Below are positions 10,701 to 20,543 of a DNA stretch of 64,000 nucleotides, piece by piece. The stretch is from the IMG/VR virus record IMGVR_UViG_3300047157_000229, positions 38,796 to 102,795 of that record; one strand, given 5' to 3'. The translations under genes and the position numbers were made by a program. Position 1 is the stretch's first letter, and every line of letters begins with the position of its first letter. Below the pieces are notes generated by a model that did no database searches, was not told the origin of the DNA, and saw only the letters and a list, made by a program, of their open reading frames with translations. The DNA is from a virus.

Positions 10701-13700
10701 ACTGGAAATGATGGAGATGGAATAAGTGGAGATTTCCTCACTAAGATATTTGCTGTGCAAATAGGTATGTCTGCTCTTAGTGGGGTGTTGGGAGAAGTGA
10801 CCGAAAAAAATAAAGCTGTAGCTAATAGTTTGACTGCTCTAAATGTAGTGATTAGCGCAGCTATGACCGCGCAAGCTTTTGGGGGTTTCAAAAGTGTAGG
10901 CGCAAATTTAGCGAGTACTTTTTCTCTGGGTAGAGGAAGGGGGGGAACGATTGCTGGGACAGGGTCTCTGGCTATGATGAGAGGGGGCAGAGGTGTTAGT
11001 CAAGGGATTGGTGATGCTGCGTCAAACTTAGGGGCTGCGTTTGGTCCAGGTGCAACTGGTCTTGGGGCTAGAGCTGGAATGGTTACAACAGCAGCAGCAG
11101 GTGCTGGGGGAGCATTAATGGGTGGATTAAAAGCAGCTGGCGGAGCGCTTTTAAGATTTGCTGGACCAATAGGAGTCGCTGCAACTGCTGGATTTGCAAT
11201 TAGTAAAGCAATGGATCTATTCAGCGGTAGGAATGAAATAGCTTCAATTCAAACTAAACAGCTTGGAGAAAACGCTAAACTGGCAAGTGAAAAATTAGCC
11301 TCTATAGAAATTCCGCAGGAATTAAAAGCGCGAATAGTTTCACGAAGTGAGAGCAGAGCGAATACAGCTTTGGAAGGTCTAGCTCCAGAAAGAGAAGGAT
11401 TTATTGAAAATCTAAAAAAAGAAATATTTAGTTTTGATAAAAAAGGTATTACAGATTTTACTGGAGTTGGATTAATTGCAGATGTTTTTGGGTCTATAGG
11501 TGGGAATATAGAAGGATCAGTAGACAGTAAATTGGAGGCAAACGTTAAGGAAGTTGTTAGACAAGCTGGAATATCTGGTTTAAATCCTCAGTTCATCGCT
11601 AAACAAGAGGAAATTATGGATGCCTCTAGACGCTCTAGAGGTGATGACGCACAGCTAAAAGGAGAAGAAATACAAAATTTCGTGAGTAGTCTTCTACAAC
11701 AGATGCAGAGCTTAAATCCACAAAAGATAATCAGCCAAGTATCTGAATCTCTAAGTTCTGAGGATCTTAGTTTGATAAGGGAGGCTGAGCAACTTAAAAA
11801 AGATGCTAAAAAATCTGGGCGCACTTTAGGGGGGGCTGATCTGTCTAAAACTCAAGAAGCTACAGCAATCATCGCAGAGGCTTTTAAGAATTTCCAAACA
11901 AAAAACCCCAATGCAAAAAATATCAATCCCGCGATTTTATTTCCAGGCGTAGCACAAAGAGCTTCTACAGGAGATACTAGAACAGGAGCAATTGAGAAGA
12001 TAAGAGGAGATCTAGGAAAGGAACAATTAAAAAGCGCTATAGATCTAGCAAAATTAAGAGCTGCAGAATTATCTGTAGAAGAAAAGTTACTAAATGGTGA
12101 TAAATTCAGAAAAAATTTAACTGCTGTAAGGAAAGCTGAATTACAAGAGGTGGTCGCTCTACAAAAAATAGACCTTAACACAAATAAACAAATTGCAGAC
12201 TCAATTAAAACAAGGATTGATTCTCTAGAATCTGTAGATTTTAATGAAGAAGAACAAGCCTCATTGAAACAAAAAATAAATGATCTTACTTTAGAACAAT
12301 TGACCGCAGAAGGTATGGTCGCAAGACTCATTGATGAAACTCTAGATTTAGATGGGAAGAAAAAAGATGAAAAACAGGAGTTAATAAAATTACTAAATGA
12401 GGAGATAAGTAGGACGAGAAAACTCGGCGAAGAGGAGCGAAAAAATGAAAAAGATAAGAGGAAACCCGAAAAAGAGGGCATTAATTTTTCGGATAGGCTA
12501 TCGAGAGCAACGAGTGTAGATATTAATAATATTGAAAGAGCTGCAATTCAAAGAAGTATCTCAGAAAGTGGAATCCAGAATCAGCTTAACATTAGGAAAG
12601 CTGCACTAAATCCTAATCTACTTCCTTTGGAAAAATTTAGACAAGAAGGTTTAATTGATAAAGCGTTTCGGGATGAAGAAGAAAAGAAGTCGGGTGCAGA
12701 TCTGTTAGATAAAACAAAAATAGCTGTAATAAATTTAAGAGACGAAATGCCAAGTCTAAAAAAGCAGTTTGACGAATTACTCGGTGTGATTGATAAAGAA
12801 GGACTAGAGAGTTTAGATAAGGTGGCAACCGCTATACAACTAATAGCTAATGGGGCGACGTTTAAAGTAGGAAAAGAGACAGATATTATTACGTTTGAGG
12901 ATACCAATACTGTTAAAAAAGGCGAAATTAAACCACAGCCGAAAAAAGCGATAATAGAGGCTCAGGAAGCACTTACTGAACTTGAAAGGGGTCGAGCTAA
13001 TAACAAAATACTCAAGGAAGGAAATCAGGCAATAGGGGATGCTAGAGCGGAGCAAGAAAAATATATAGAAGGATTCAGAACTTTTAGTCAGCTCCTTACT
13101 AGATTTACTTTCGATCTAAAACAGTCCACAGAAGACCTAAAGTTGGATCTCCTATTGGCTAAAGATGGTGCTAGTGCTATCTCTAATATCGACCAGAGAT
13201 TATTTAATGTTGATGCGAGAGCTGGTGGACCACAAGCTACAGCTAGAGCTTCAGATAGTCTAGCATTGAGGGGGGCTACCGATAAAATAACATTAGCTAG
13301 AACTAGTGTAGAACGACGAGCTGCGATAAAAAACAGAGATATCCTCGCTAAAGAATTAGAAATTAAAACAGAGGTAGCTGAGAAACAAAAAGATGGAGTA
13401 GAGGACACTAAAGAACTTGTTGCTCTTAGAGAGAGGCTTGTAGAATTAGAAAAACAAAGATTAGCGATTGGCACATCTAGAGCTGAATTGTTTGAAAATG
13501 AATTTGTCTTTACCCAAGAAGAAATACAAGAAGGTTTAGATAAAGCTTTAGTGCAAAATGCTAGAACATTTGTAGATACAATCAGAGATGGTTTAGTCGA
13601 TGCTATATCTAAAGGTCAAGACTTAGGTGATACTTTAAAACAAGCTGGAGCGAATTTCTTTAATCAACAAGCTAACGCTAATCTGGGTGCTGCATTTAAG

Positions 13701-14726
13701 AACATCTCATCTTCGGGATTTGTTCAAAATATTGCATCAGTGTTCTCTGGTAATCCCAATGCTAAAGGGGGGCCAGTTACAGGGGGGTCGGGATCTAAAG
13801 ACGATGTGCCAGCTTTGCTTATGGGTGGAGAATTTGTGATGAAAAAAAGTGCTGTTCAGAAATACGGTTCTGGATTCATGAACTCTTTGAACTCAGGTAA
13901 CATCCCCGCTATGGCTAGAGGGGGGTTGTTCACCCCAGGAACTTATGGTCAAGGAGAAATGAAGGGTACACGAAATCTATTAGATTTCGCGACACAATCA
14001 TTCACTACAGGAGCTTCTGATAAATTTAATTCTGGTTCAGGATTCGCCTCTATAGGTTTAGAGCCTCAGAGCGCGGCTCTAACGATGTTTGGACGTAGAA
14101 ACAGCCCAGCATTCCAAAGGGAGCAAGCGTCTAAGCGGAAGGCGTTTGGATTGTTTACTAGGGCGGTAGAACAAGAAAGAGCGGAAAAAGAAAGGGGGAG
14201 TGGATTCTCTGAAATCTTGAAGAAGTCCCTGTTATCCTTTGGAGCGAGTTTTGCATTCAAGGAACTCACGAATTTATTCGGTAATAAAAGCCCAACAGCT
14301 AATATAACACAAGACTTCTCAGACCCGACTCAGTATGATAATGGATATGCATTTTCAGCTACAGGAGGATCAATTCCTTATGCAGCTGGAGTAGATACAA
14401 TCCCTTCTATGTTGTCTGGTGGTGAGTTCGTCATGAATGCCGCTGCAACCCAGAGAATCGGCAGAGGTAATTTAAACGCTCTAAACTCAGGTGGTGGTGG
14501 TGGATCTGGTGACGTAGTAAGTAAACTAGATGAACTTATTTCTGTTTCTGATAATTCTGGAGAGACTGTGATCAATATCACCGTTAACTCTGATGGGTCA
14601 TCTAACTCTGAAGGTAGTGGAGACGATCAGCAAAATTCATTAGCGATGAAGATAAAAGATGTAGTTAAACAAGTGATTGATGACGAGAAAAGACTGGGAG
14701 GGTCACTAAGACAAGCTAGAGCATAA
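7725..14726 (+). CDS. Tail tape measure protein with inserted domains
   Basis: 2333 aa; N-terminal TP901-type TMP signature (ELSRQGL, ARGGAVIGNSFKTIFTRI); hydrophobic segments; coiled coil; two C-terminal GG..D.VP..L..GEFVM motifs. Confidence 0.92.
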   Translation: MPVRIPVVQTGLEASIEAAAKKAGRNLKINMGGNAKSIEGLSQPLGRITGKADQFTKSMEAANARVLAFGASVGILSSVTRGFQDLIRVTIDVEKSLTSINSILNVTAKELDSFKSTIFSVAKNTEQSFSVVAEAALELSRQGLKAEEVTKRLNDALILSRLSGLGASEAVAGLTAAINSFNQSGITSAEVLNKLSAAAVSAAVSERDLIEGIKRSGSVATQAGVSFDELVGVITAVQAKTARGGAVIGNSFKTIFTRIQSIDKLRTMQNLGVEVTDASGQVLGATKLIQNLAKSLEAVPDARKLQIAEGLVGKFQVAPFLAILDDYSSKTSKAIEVTKVSQGAFSEAYNRNEAQNITLSAAINKTTVSVAQLAEALGKIGVTDNLKSMLGFFSTVVDEIQEILDGDGVGSKFAKGIVAGIGNIITGPAFAVFAAVIGKLVIDLVRFGAGSLKTFFGLNKAAKEQATLQGQIASTLLGNKTIQKKILDIENSQLSTADKRKAQVNFFTTALNEQVGIMTRMQGIAATIAPGVMTNTRKLKGRGAGGFIPNYNAIVGYGSESSDISKGVGGAPSSARPVTIPNFNFGGGQKGTMVANSSEYIVPNYAGGDGSAIFNQDMAASIGLPPRARKIGAAGGYIPNFVNEDKRLVMFSGDETPAGRGVDTEKKFYVGKTKKNDTAAYATQSAAKAAKLKPTSIQPVTVPEYKLGPKGTNKSPLSIKTIRDKLSASSTSTAMDFAKSLAPKSGIPNVSRAKIKELFNPGAFEGMSGTIFEVALSGVLSDAKFDDYASRTSTSRIDLPYDKKLFDLFGTKGAGTLGAEVKANSTLAKAASIKFYDVLFGGGVAADYKKTVPVYDKNGNQIGTRDTALGAQVRQSEIGNRMAGIVGSNGKQVGFQALQKMLGGRVTVGGLRNLRTQQGLPNFAGGYLPNFAGGLQDAIGREKSAGLPINQIRVNQDPKLRNSGNPMGLAVTNTRDEPTGAIPNFAKGSKPSTGNDGDGISGDFLTKIFAVQIGMSALSGVLGEVTEKNKAVANSLTALNVVISAAMTAQAFGGFKSVGANLASTFSLGRGRGGTIAGTGSLAMMRGGRGVSQGIGDAASNLGAAFGPGATGLGARAGMVTTAAAGAGGALMGGLKAAGGALLRFAGPIGVAATAGFAISKAMDLFSGRNEIASIQTKQLGENAKLASEKLASIEIPQELKARIVSRSESRANTALEGLAPEREGFIENLKKEIFSFDKKGITDFTGVGLIADVFGSIGGNIEGSVDSKLEANVKEVVRQAGISGLNPQFIAKQEEIMDASRRSRGDDAQLKGEEIQNFVSSLLQQMQSLNPQKIISQVSESLSSEDLSLIREAEQLKKDAKKSGRTLGGADLSKTQEATAIIAEAFKNFQTKNPNAKNINPAILFPGVAQRASTGDTRTGAIEKIRGDLGKEQLKSAIDLAKLRAAELSVEEKLLNGDKFRKNLTAVRKAELQEVVALQKIDLNTNKQIADSIKTRIDSLESVDFNEEEQASLKQKINDLTLEQLTAEGMVARLIDETLDLDGKKKDEKQELIKLLNEEISRTRKLGEEERKNEKDKRKPEKEGINFSDRLSRATSVDINNIERAAIQRSISESGIQNQLNIRKAALNPNLLPLEKFRQEGLIDKAFRDEEEKKSGADLLDKTKIAVINLRDEMPSLKKQFDELLGVIDKEGLESLDKVATAIQLIANGATFKVGKETDIITFEDTNTVKKGEIKPQPKKAIIEAQEALTELERGRANNKILKEGNQAIGDARAEQEKYIEGFRTFSQLLTRFTFDLKQSTEDLKLDLLLAKDGASAISNIDQRLFNVDARAGGPQATARASDSLALRGATDKITLARTSVERRAAIKNRDILAKELEIKTEVAEKQKDGVEDTKELVALRERLVELEKQRLAIGTSRAELFENEFVFTQEEIQEGLDKALVQNARTFVDTIRDGLVDAISKGQDLGDTLKQAGANFFNQQANANLGAAFKNISSSGFVQNIASVFSGNPNAKGGPVTGGSGSKDDVPALLMGGEFVMKKSAVQKYGSGFMNSLNSGNIPAMARGGLFTPGTYGQGEMKGTRNLLDFATQSFTTGASDKFNSGSGFASIGLEPQSAALTMFGRRNSPAFQREQASKRKAFGLFTRAVEQERAEKERGSGFSEILKKSLLSFGASFAFKELTNLFGNKSPTANITQDFSDPTQYDNGYAFSATGGSIPYAAGVDTIPSMLSGGEFVMNAAATQRIGRGNLNALNSGGGGGSGDVVSKLDELISVSDNSGETVINITVNSDGSSNSEGSGDDQQNSLAMKIKDVVKQVIDDEKRLGGSLRQARA

Positions 14727-15535
14727 TGTACGGAACAACACTAAATTACGATTGTCATTTTTTTATCGCAGGGGCTGATGGAAGTCCCAGCGCTAGAGAG
14801 CTTTCTGGCGTTAAGAGCTTAGACATAGGTTATTCTAACAGCAGTAATATTTCGACTCCTTTAGGATCGACTCGCGGTGTAACTACGGTAGGTGGTCCTA
14901 CAAATCAAACTGTTTCTTTCTCAAGAGATTTAATTTATGAAGATCCTATATTAGCTTTTACAGGTGAATCTGAAGCTATGAAGGGGAGTTTTAATTATAA
15001 AAATAATACTTCTTATGGATTTAATAGCGGCTATTTAACTTCTTATTCTGTTAATTGCGCTGTTGGTTCCATACCTAAAGTAAATACGTCTTTCGTTGTT
15101 TACGACGAAATGAAGACTGGAATTAATGCGACTGGGGTAACCCCTACTCCTATTTACATACCAAGTCAAGGATCTATAAGCGCTACTTGTGATAATAGCT
15201 CTAGTAATCGTGTCATCGGTTTTGATTATTCTTTAACAATGAAGAAAATACCGTATTATACTATTGGTTCTGAAACCCCAGTGGAAGTGAAACACATAAA
15301 TCCAATTCAATATTCTGCAGCTGTCCAAATGGAAGTAGATGATACATTTTTAAAAAGCGGTTTTGATTTTTTAAATGCGAGAGAAGATAAAACTGTAAGT
15401 TTTTTATTGTCATCTAGAGATGGAGATGGAATACAGCTGCTCACAATACCTAACGCATCACTTGTTTCTGAGCAATTGAATAGTAGTTCAGATGGCTCCG
15501 TGAGATTAACCCTTAACTATATTGGACACTCATGA
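14726..15535 (+). CDS. Tail-tube-like minor tail protein
   Basis: YLTSYSVNCAVGSIPKVNTSF aligns with YLSDYSVDLSVGSLPTVNVTV of 2516..3670; follows the TMP. Confidence 0.6.
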   Translation: MYGTTLNYDCHFFIAGADGSPSARELSGVKSLDIGYSNSSNISTPLGSTRGVTTVGGPTNQTVSFSRDLIYEDPILAFTGESEAMKGSFNYKNNTSYGFNSGYLTSYSVNCAVGSIPKVNTSFVVYDEMKTGINATGVTPTPIYIPSQGSISATCDNSSSNRVIGFDYSLTMKKIPYYTIGSETPVEVKHINPIQYSAAVQMEVDDTFLKSGFDFLNAREDKTVSFLLSSRDGDGIQLLTIPNASLVSEQLNSSSDGSVRLTLNYIGHS

Positions 15536-16488
15536 GTGAAGATTTATTTTACAACAGAGATCGTAACATAAGTGGTATAACTGCGCCTTCAAAACTCGCA
15601 GATCTTAGCCTTACACCAGTTTATGGATCTACTGTAGAATTCCAAGCTAAGAATCATAGATATACTACTGATGATTTTTATTATAATTTAATACCTCTTT
15701 CCGTTAATAGTTTGGTAGCGAGGTTTTCTTTGAAGTATGAAGTAAATGAAACTAATGCCAGAAAGCTCGCCAACTTTTTTGAAGCTCAGTCTGGGAATTT
15801 ATTTATAGAATTTTCGCCAGATAACTCAGGAGTTTATAAGACTGTTTCTGGTTTCTGTGATAATTATGCTATTAATTTTATTAATAATCAACACTTTGAA
15901 GTAGCAACTAGTTTGACAGTTGATCAAGCTCCTACTTTGTTAAAGTGGTCAGGGATGGGATGCTTTCCGAACTTAGAATTCGATGATTATAATTATTCGG
16001 AGTCTTATAAAAAATATGATATTGTATATACGGGAATAAATCAGAATAAACTAGATAATTTTTATTACTGCACAGGAGATCATACTTCTACTGTTTCTAA
16101 TTCGCCAACAGGATCGGCCTCGGCGTGGACGAGGGATTTCTTTTTTGAACCTGATATTGGAACTCAAAACAACGTAGAAATTAAATCTGATAAGTTAGAA
16201 TTTAAAAACTCTTTCACTCAAAGATTTAAGACTAATAATAATATTGCGACATTCGATATGGATTACAGTTTTAATAATATCTCTGATAAACAATTAAAAA
16301 CCATGATTCATTTTTTAGAGAACAAAGGTGGATACCGTAGATTTAAACATCAAATTCCTTCTGTATACAATAGACCGAAGGTATACTATAGCCCTAAGTG
16401 GACTCATACATGGAACTATGCTAATTCCAATACCTTAAATGTAGAACTTAAAGAAGACCCTATGGGTGTAATTCCAACAGGAACTTAA
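15532..16488 (+). CDS. Distal/minor tail protein (tandem gpM-like domains with a CBM-like insert)
   Basis: Two repeats of the pattern ...FFEAQSG..F / ...FLENKGGYRRF; central YKKYDIVY...FYYC..DH...SPT..W. Confidence 0.55.
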   Translation: MSEDLFYNRDRNISGITAPSKLADLSLTPVYGSTVEFQAKNHRYTTDDFYYNLIPLSVNSLVARFSLKYEVNETNARKLANFFEAQSGNLFIEFSPDNSGVYKTVSGFCDNYAINFINNQHFEVATSLTVDQAPTLLKWSGMGCFPNLEFDDYNYSESYKKYDIVYTGINQNKLDNFYYCTGDHTSTVSNSPTGSASAWTRDFFFEPDIGTQNNVEIKSDKLEFKNSFTQRFKTNNNIATFDMDYSFNNISDKQLKTMIHFLENKGGYRRFKHQIPSVYNRPKVYYSPKWTHTWNYANSNTLNVELKEDPMGVIPTGT

Positions 16489-16489
16489 T

Positions 16490-17590
16490 ATGTCTAGAAA
16501 TATAATAAGAAGCAATAATGCTATTGTAGCTACTCAAGATTCTACTACTGCTTTTTCCACCAGCAATAAGAATCTAAAACTGCATAAGTTAGCTCAGACT
16601 TTTAATTATTCAATTAATTATCCGAGACAACAATCTAAACAAATTGGTTCCCAAAAACTATCTACTAATGATATATATAATCAGCCAGATGTATCTTTAA
16701 ATATTAGTTACATACCAGAACCTAACTTCTCTAATGAAGTTCAAAGTCGATTTCTAAATTCAACCCCTAAAGATGAATTTAAAAACATTTTTGATGCTGA
16801 CGATGCACAAGAATCAACTAACTTTTACGTTTTAGTTTCTGAGAATCAAGAAGATTCCCTTATCGATTCTCTAGGTTTTGGAAGTCCAGCTAATAATTTT
16901 AATGGCAATGACGCTATCGCTTTTGGCAATTGTTTCCCTCAATCTTATAATCTAAGTTATGCTGTAGGGGCTTTACCCGTTGTTAATACTTCCTATATTT
17001 GTTCTAATGCAGTATTTGATAATTTAGTAGGGACTTCTATGGAGATGCCAGCTATAAATATGACAGGGGGTAATAATGATAATGTAGGTAGATCTCAATT
17101 TTATTTTAATCAAGATTTGTCTACACCAGCTTTAGAAAAAGCGCCCCCTATAGTTAATCCTACTAATAGTGGTAGTGATGTTAGTTTACAAAACTTACAA
17201 GTTGGAGGGCAAGCTATATCAGGTAAACACCTAGTTCGATCTGTAGATATGAGTGTATCTATACCAAGAGTATCAGCTTACGGACTAGGTAATGATTATG
17301 CATTTGGAAGGAAAAGGCAGTTTCCAGCTAATGGATCATTTTCTGTTTCTTCTCAAGTTTCTGGATTTGAGAGTGGGGCTATGACTGGTGTTTTAAATTC
17401 AGATCAGCTATATCAATTTGACCTAACTCTAGAAGCTAGTGGTAAAACCATGATATACAGAATAGAAGATGCAAAATTAGGATCTTACAATTATTCTATG
17501 GACATTAATGGTAGAATGAACTTCGATGCAGCTTTTACTTTTGAAGTGACTCAGAATAAAGGTTTAAAACTAAGTGGGACTTACTATTAA
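16490..17590 (+). CDS. Tail-tube paralogue
   Basis: Colinear similarity to 2516..3670 (MSRN start, FGNCF/IGNCY, R..FP.N). Confidence 0.65.
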   Translation: MSRNIIRSNNAIVATQDSTTAFSTSNKNLKLHKLAQTFNYSINYPRQQSKQIGSQKLSTNDIYNQPDVSLNISYIPEPNFSNEVQSRFLNSTPKDEFKNIFDADDAQESTNFYVLVSENQEDSLIDSLGFGSPANNFNGNDAIAFGNCFPQSYNLSYAVGALPVVNTSYICSNAVFDNLVGTSMEMPAINMTGGNNDNVGRSQFYFNQDLSTPALEKAPPIVNPTNSGSDVSLQNLQVGGQAISGKHLVRSVDMSVSIPRVSAYGLGNDYAFGRKRQFPANGSFSVSSQVSGFESGAMTGVLNSDQLYQFDLTLEASGKTMIYRIEDAKLGSYNYSMDINGRMNFDAAFTFEVTQNKGLKLSGTYY

Positions 17591-17976
17591 TCGTAATCCA
17601 CTTTAACGTCTTTACTCTCGTAGCCTTTTTCTTTAATCCTATTTGGATGCTCTGTCCCATTACGCTCTTTAGCGTAATTATTATAGAACTTTTCCTTAAC
17701 AGGGTCTAGACCCCCAGCTTTCTCTGCCCTTTGTGCGCTGAGTTCTGCTGAGTAGTCCATCATATCGCCTATCGTGCCTTTTTTATTGTAAGTAGCGTCA
17801 ATGTATTGCTGCTTATTAAAAGGGTCTATAGAGCTATCTATGGAGGCATGGGGGATGGTCCAAACCCTCCCCCACTCCACACCAAATTCGTCTATATATA
17901 TATGTTCGTCATTCATCCCTTGAACTACCTCAAGGTGTTCGTCTGTATCAGGATGTTTGTAAACATATATCGCCAT
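17587..17976 (-). CDS. FmdB-like hypothetical protein (Cys ligands absent)
   Basis: N-terminal MAIYVYKH...EVVQGM pattern. Confidence 0.45.
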   Translation of the reverse strand: MAIYVYKHPDTDEHLEVVQGMNDEHIYIDEFGVEWGRVWTIPHASIDSSIDPFNKQQYIDATYNKKGTIGDMMDYSAELSAQRAEKAGGLDPVKEKFYNNYAKERNGTEHPNRIKEKGYESKDVKVDYD

Positions 17977-18305
17977 TATTTTATATCTATTTTTTTAGCT
18001 CCTTTAACAGCTTTTTTAGGTAAGGTCAAATGAAGCATACCATTCTTCAGAGAAGCCGAAATGTGTTCTTCAGATACTAAATCATATAAATATAATTCAT
18101 AGTTTCTAGATCTATCTTCATTCTTAGCTGATACAGTTAGGACATTGTCGATAACACTGAGAGTTACATCTTTTTTAGAAAAGCCAGCTAATTCAAATTC
18201 TGCAAAATAAACATCTCCAGAGTCTTTAATTCTGTCATAAGCTTTCTGTTTGGGGTAACTAGTAATGTCGTTAAGTAGGTTGTTAATTAATGTATTCATA
18301 ATCAC
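17976..18305 (-). CDS. Small heat-shock protein (Hsp20/alpha-crystallin)
   Basis: ELAGFSKKDVTLSVIDNVLTVSA...ISASLKNGMLHLTLPK. Confidence 0.92.
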   Translation of the reverse strand: MIMNTLINNLLNDITSYPKQKAYDRIKDSGDVYFAEFELAGFSKKDVTLSVIDNVLTVSAKNEDRSRNYELYLYDLVSEEHISASLKNGMLHLTLPKKAVKGAKKIDIK

Positions 18306-18332
18306 AATATATATAACACTACTTGTGCCAAA

Positions 18333-19421
18333 TTATTTTCCCTTGTAGATAAGGGATAAAATGGCTTCGGTAGTCTTTTCGTAAGTCATAGTGTCTCCCA
18401 ATTTGACTCCCTCTGCGTTAATTTGTCCCACTTTAGTCTCAGCCTCTTCCATAGCTTTGATGACGGTTTCTTCATCCCAGTCATAGAAGTTTCCTTGATT
18501 ATAATCAGCACCTTTATTGAAGAATACACCGTCTGCACTAGGTACAGTCTGTCCTGTAGATTCGATTAAAATACAATTGTCTTCTGTAGCCCAATCTTTA
18601 TGGGAAGTTTCATTTAGAACAATGCTCCATTTACCTAAACAGGTAGCATTGAATGCAGGTAAGTTCCAACCTTCGCCACCAGAAAGACCAGTAAGGTCAA
18701 TATCTATAGCGTTAAGAAGTTCGTTTACTTCTGCATTCTTTGCAAGGTGGGGTATAATGTTAAGATTATTATAGTTTTCACCTTTAGTGATATCTTGCCA
18801 AACACCATGCATTTGTTCTGGTTTGAAAAACGGGTTGTTTATGCAGCAAGATAATTGATATTTAGGGTTATTACCATATTTAGACAACCAAGTCTGGATA
18901 ATCTTTTTGGTATGTTTTCTATTTTCGAATTTGCCCATTAGACCAAAATGGACAATATCTTTTAAGTATTCTCTATCAGTCCTTTTAAACTCCTCATCAA
19001 AGCCTAAAGGTATGAAATGGGTGTTATCACAACCTTCTTCCTCAAACATATCTTTCGCATATGTGGAGGAAAAAATTGTAGAGTCTTGAACCGCGCAAGT
19101 AGCCTTCTCAATCTTAGTAGGCTCACTACACTCATAGAAAGTAAACAGATGTTGATGTTTATTTTTTCTATTTTCAGACCCATTAAAATGCCAAAGTCTC
19201 AAAGATGGAATCTCTTTATCAACAAAACTCCATCTTTCGTTTATAGCATTATCAATGTATTCTTTTAAATCTTCACTAACATCGAATGCGGAAAGATCCA
19301 CGTTATCTCCCGTAGGAAATAATCCTATCTCGACATTTAGCCTTTTTAATTCTTTGATAATATTATAAGAAACATTACCAAAACTGAGGCTGTTTAGAGG
19401 TGCTTCTAAAAGAAGTTTCAT
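18333..19421 (-). CDS. Glycosyltransferase, GT-B (GT4-like)
   Basis: GKFENRK and SGGEGWNLPAF motifs. Confidence 0.8.
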   Translation of the reverse strand: MKLLLEAPLNSLSFGNVSYNIIKELKRLNVEIGLFPTGDNVDLSAFDVSEDLKEYIDNAINERWSFVDKEIPSLRLWHFNGSENRKNKHQHLFTFYECSEPTKIEKATCAVQDSTIFSSTYAKDMFEEEGCDNTHFIPLGFDEEFKRTDREYLKDIVHFGLMGKFENRKHTKKIIQTWLSKYGNNPKYQLSCCINNPFFKPEQMHGVWQDITKGENYNNLNIIPHLAKNAEVNELLNAIDIDLTGLSGGEGWNLPAFNATCLGKWSIVLNETSHKDWATEDNCILIESTGQTVPSADGVFFNKGADYNQGNFYDWDEETVIKAMEEAETKVGQINAEGVKLGDTMTYEKTTEAILSLIYKGK

Positions 19422-19787
19422 TTAAAATGGAACGTCATCACTATCGCCACCACTAGATCCTGAATTAGAATCACCATCTTCAGACTTCTTTGAGCCTAGA
19501 AACTGGAGGTCTTTACCGCGAATGAAGTATTTGCTAAATTGCTTACCATCTTTTTCCCAAGATGACATACAAAGCTCTCCATTTACAATAAATTCTCTAC
19601 CCTTGGAGAGATATTTCTCAGCGATTTCCGCTGTTTTATCCCAATATTCGATATCTACGAAGCACTTAGTCTTGGCATTTGATGTTGAGATTCCAGCGCG
19701 AAGGCTGACTACTTTTTTCCCATTGCTGGTATTACGAACTACTGGATCTTTTACCAAATAGGCTGCTGCTGTTACTGAATTATACAT
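19422..19787 (-). CDS. ssb: Single-stranded DNA-binding protein
   Basis: WDKTAEIAEKYLSKG, SSWEKDG, acidic tail ending DDVPF. Confidence 0.93.
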   Translation of the reverse strand: MYNSVTAAAYLVKDPVVRNTSNGKKVVSLRAGISTSNAKTKCFVDIEYWDKTAEIAEKYLSKGREFIVNGELCMSSWEKDGKQFSKYFIRGKDLQFLGSKKSEDGDSNSGSSGGDSDDVPF

Positions 19788-20364
19788 AATTTATTTCGCT
19801 CTTTACTTTGTTTATAAACTTATTGTGGATGTTTATACACCCTTGAATGCTAAGGTCAAGACTATTTGCGATAGCTCTCCAAGGAGTGAGCTTATTATTA
19901 GGTGAACCGTATCGCATGTCAACTATTTTTTTTACTCTATCGTCAGATTCCTTTTTTAAGCACTCTTCGAATAGTATCATCGCCTCGTCTTTGTTGATAT
20001 CTGGGATGAAAGATTCGCAGTGAGGCTCTACATAACTATTCTCGTCGTCAATAAAATACTCTTTACATTTTCGTTTTTTATTGAGGGCATTTAGACACTT
20101 CCATTTAGTCTGGTTTGCTAAGTGTGTAGAAAATTTAGTGTTGCGATTTGGATCATAGTTTAAAGCCGAATCGTAAATGGTTAAATCTTTTTCTCCTACG
20201 ATCTGATTCTTATCTAATGTGAAATTTGGGTGAGACATGTAATGATTCACCATTGTGTGGAATATCCCAGAGTGCCTGTCTATCAGAGCTATGAGGCTAT
20301 CCTCATCGCAATGATTTTCTTGTATTTTTGAGATTAATGTGAGGTCGCTATCCACTTCCACCAT
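19780..20364 (-). CDS. RNA polymerase sigma factor (sigma70 regions 2 and 4)
   Basis: YDPNRNTKFSTH (region 2); IVDMRYG...WRAIANSLDLS HTH (region 4). Confidence 0.85.
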   Translation of the reverse strand: MVEVDSDLTLISKIQENHCDEDSLIALIDRHSGIFHTMVNHYMSHPNFTLDKNQIVGEKDLTIYDSALNYDPNRNTKFSTHLANQTKWKCLNALNKKRKCKEYFIDDENSYVEPHCESFIPDINKDEAMILFEECLKKESDDRVKKIVDMRYGSPNNKLTPWRAIANSLDLSIQGCINIHNKFINKVKSEINYV

Positions 20365-20391
20365 TCTACGTTCTCAAGCCAGTTTTTCTAC

Positions 20392-20500
20392 TTTTTTTTC
20401 AGAAAAAAAATCGTTATATTTTATAATATATTTATAAAACGTAATCAATATAGGATAACGTATACTCAATCTATAACGTAAAAGGTATAAATTACGTGTA
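20392..20500. repeat. AT-rich palindromes plus four spaced ACGT-core repeats (candidate origin or operator array)
   Basis: TTTTATAA-TATAT-TTATAAAA inverted repeat; ACGT cores at 20439, 20458, 20476, 20494. Confidence 0.45.
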
Positions 20501-20515
20501 GCCCGTTTCACGGTA

Positions 20516-20543
20516 ATTATGAAAACAAAATGTCTTCTGTCAA
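20516..20543 (-). promoter_or_regulatory. sigma70-like promoter for the sigma-ssb operon
   Basis: TTGACA-16-CATAAT on the minus strand. Confidence 0.5.

Noticed and set aside
9815-14581. Antisense ORFs within the TMP, and similar shadow ORFs in the capsid, nrd, dnaE, clp and fibre genes
   Set aside because: They are shadows of long biased coding frames, with no recognisable motifs or independent expression signals.
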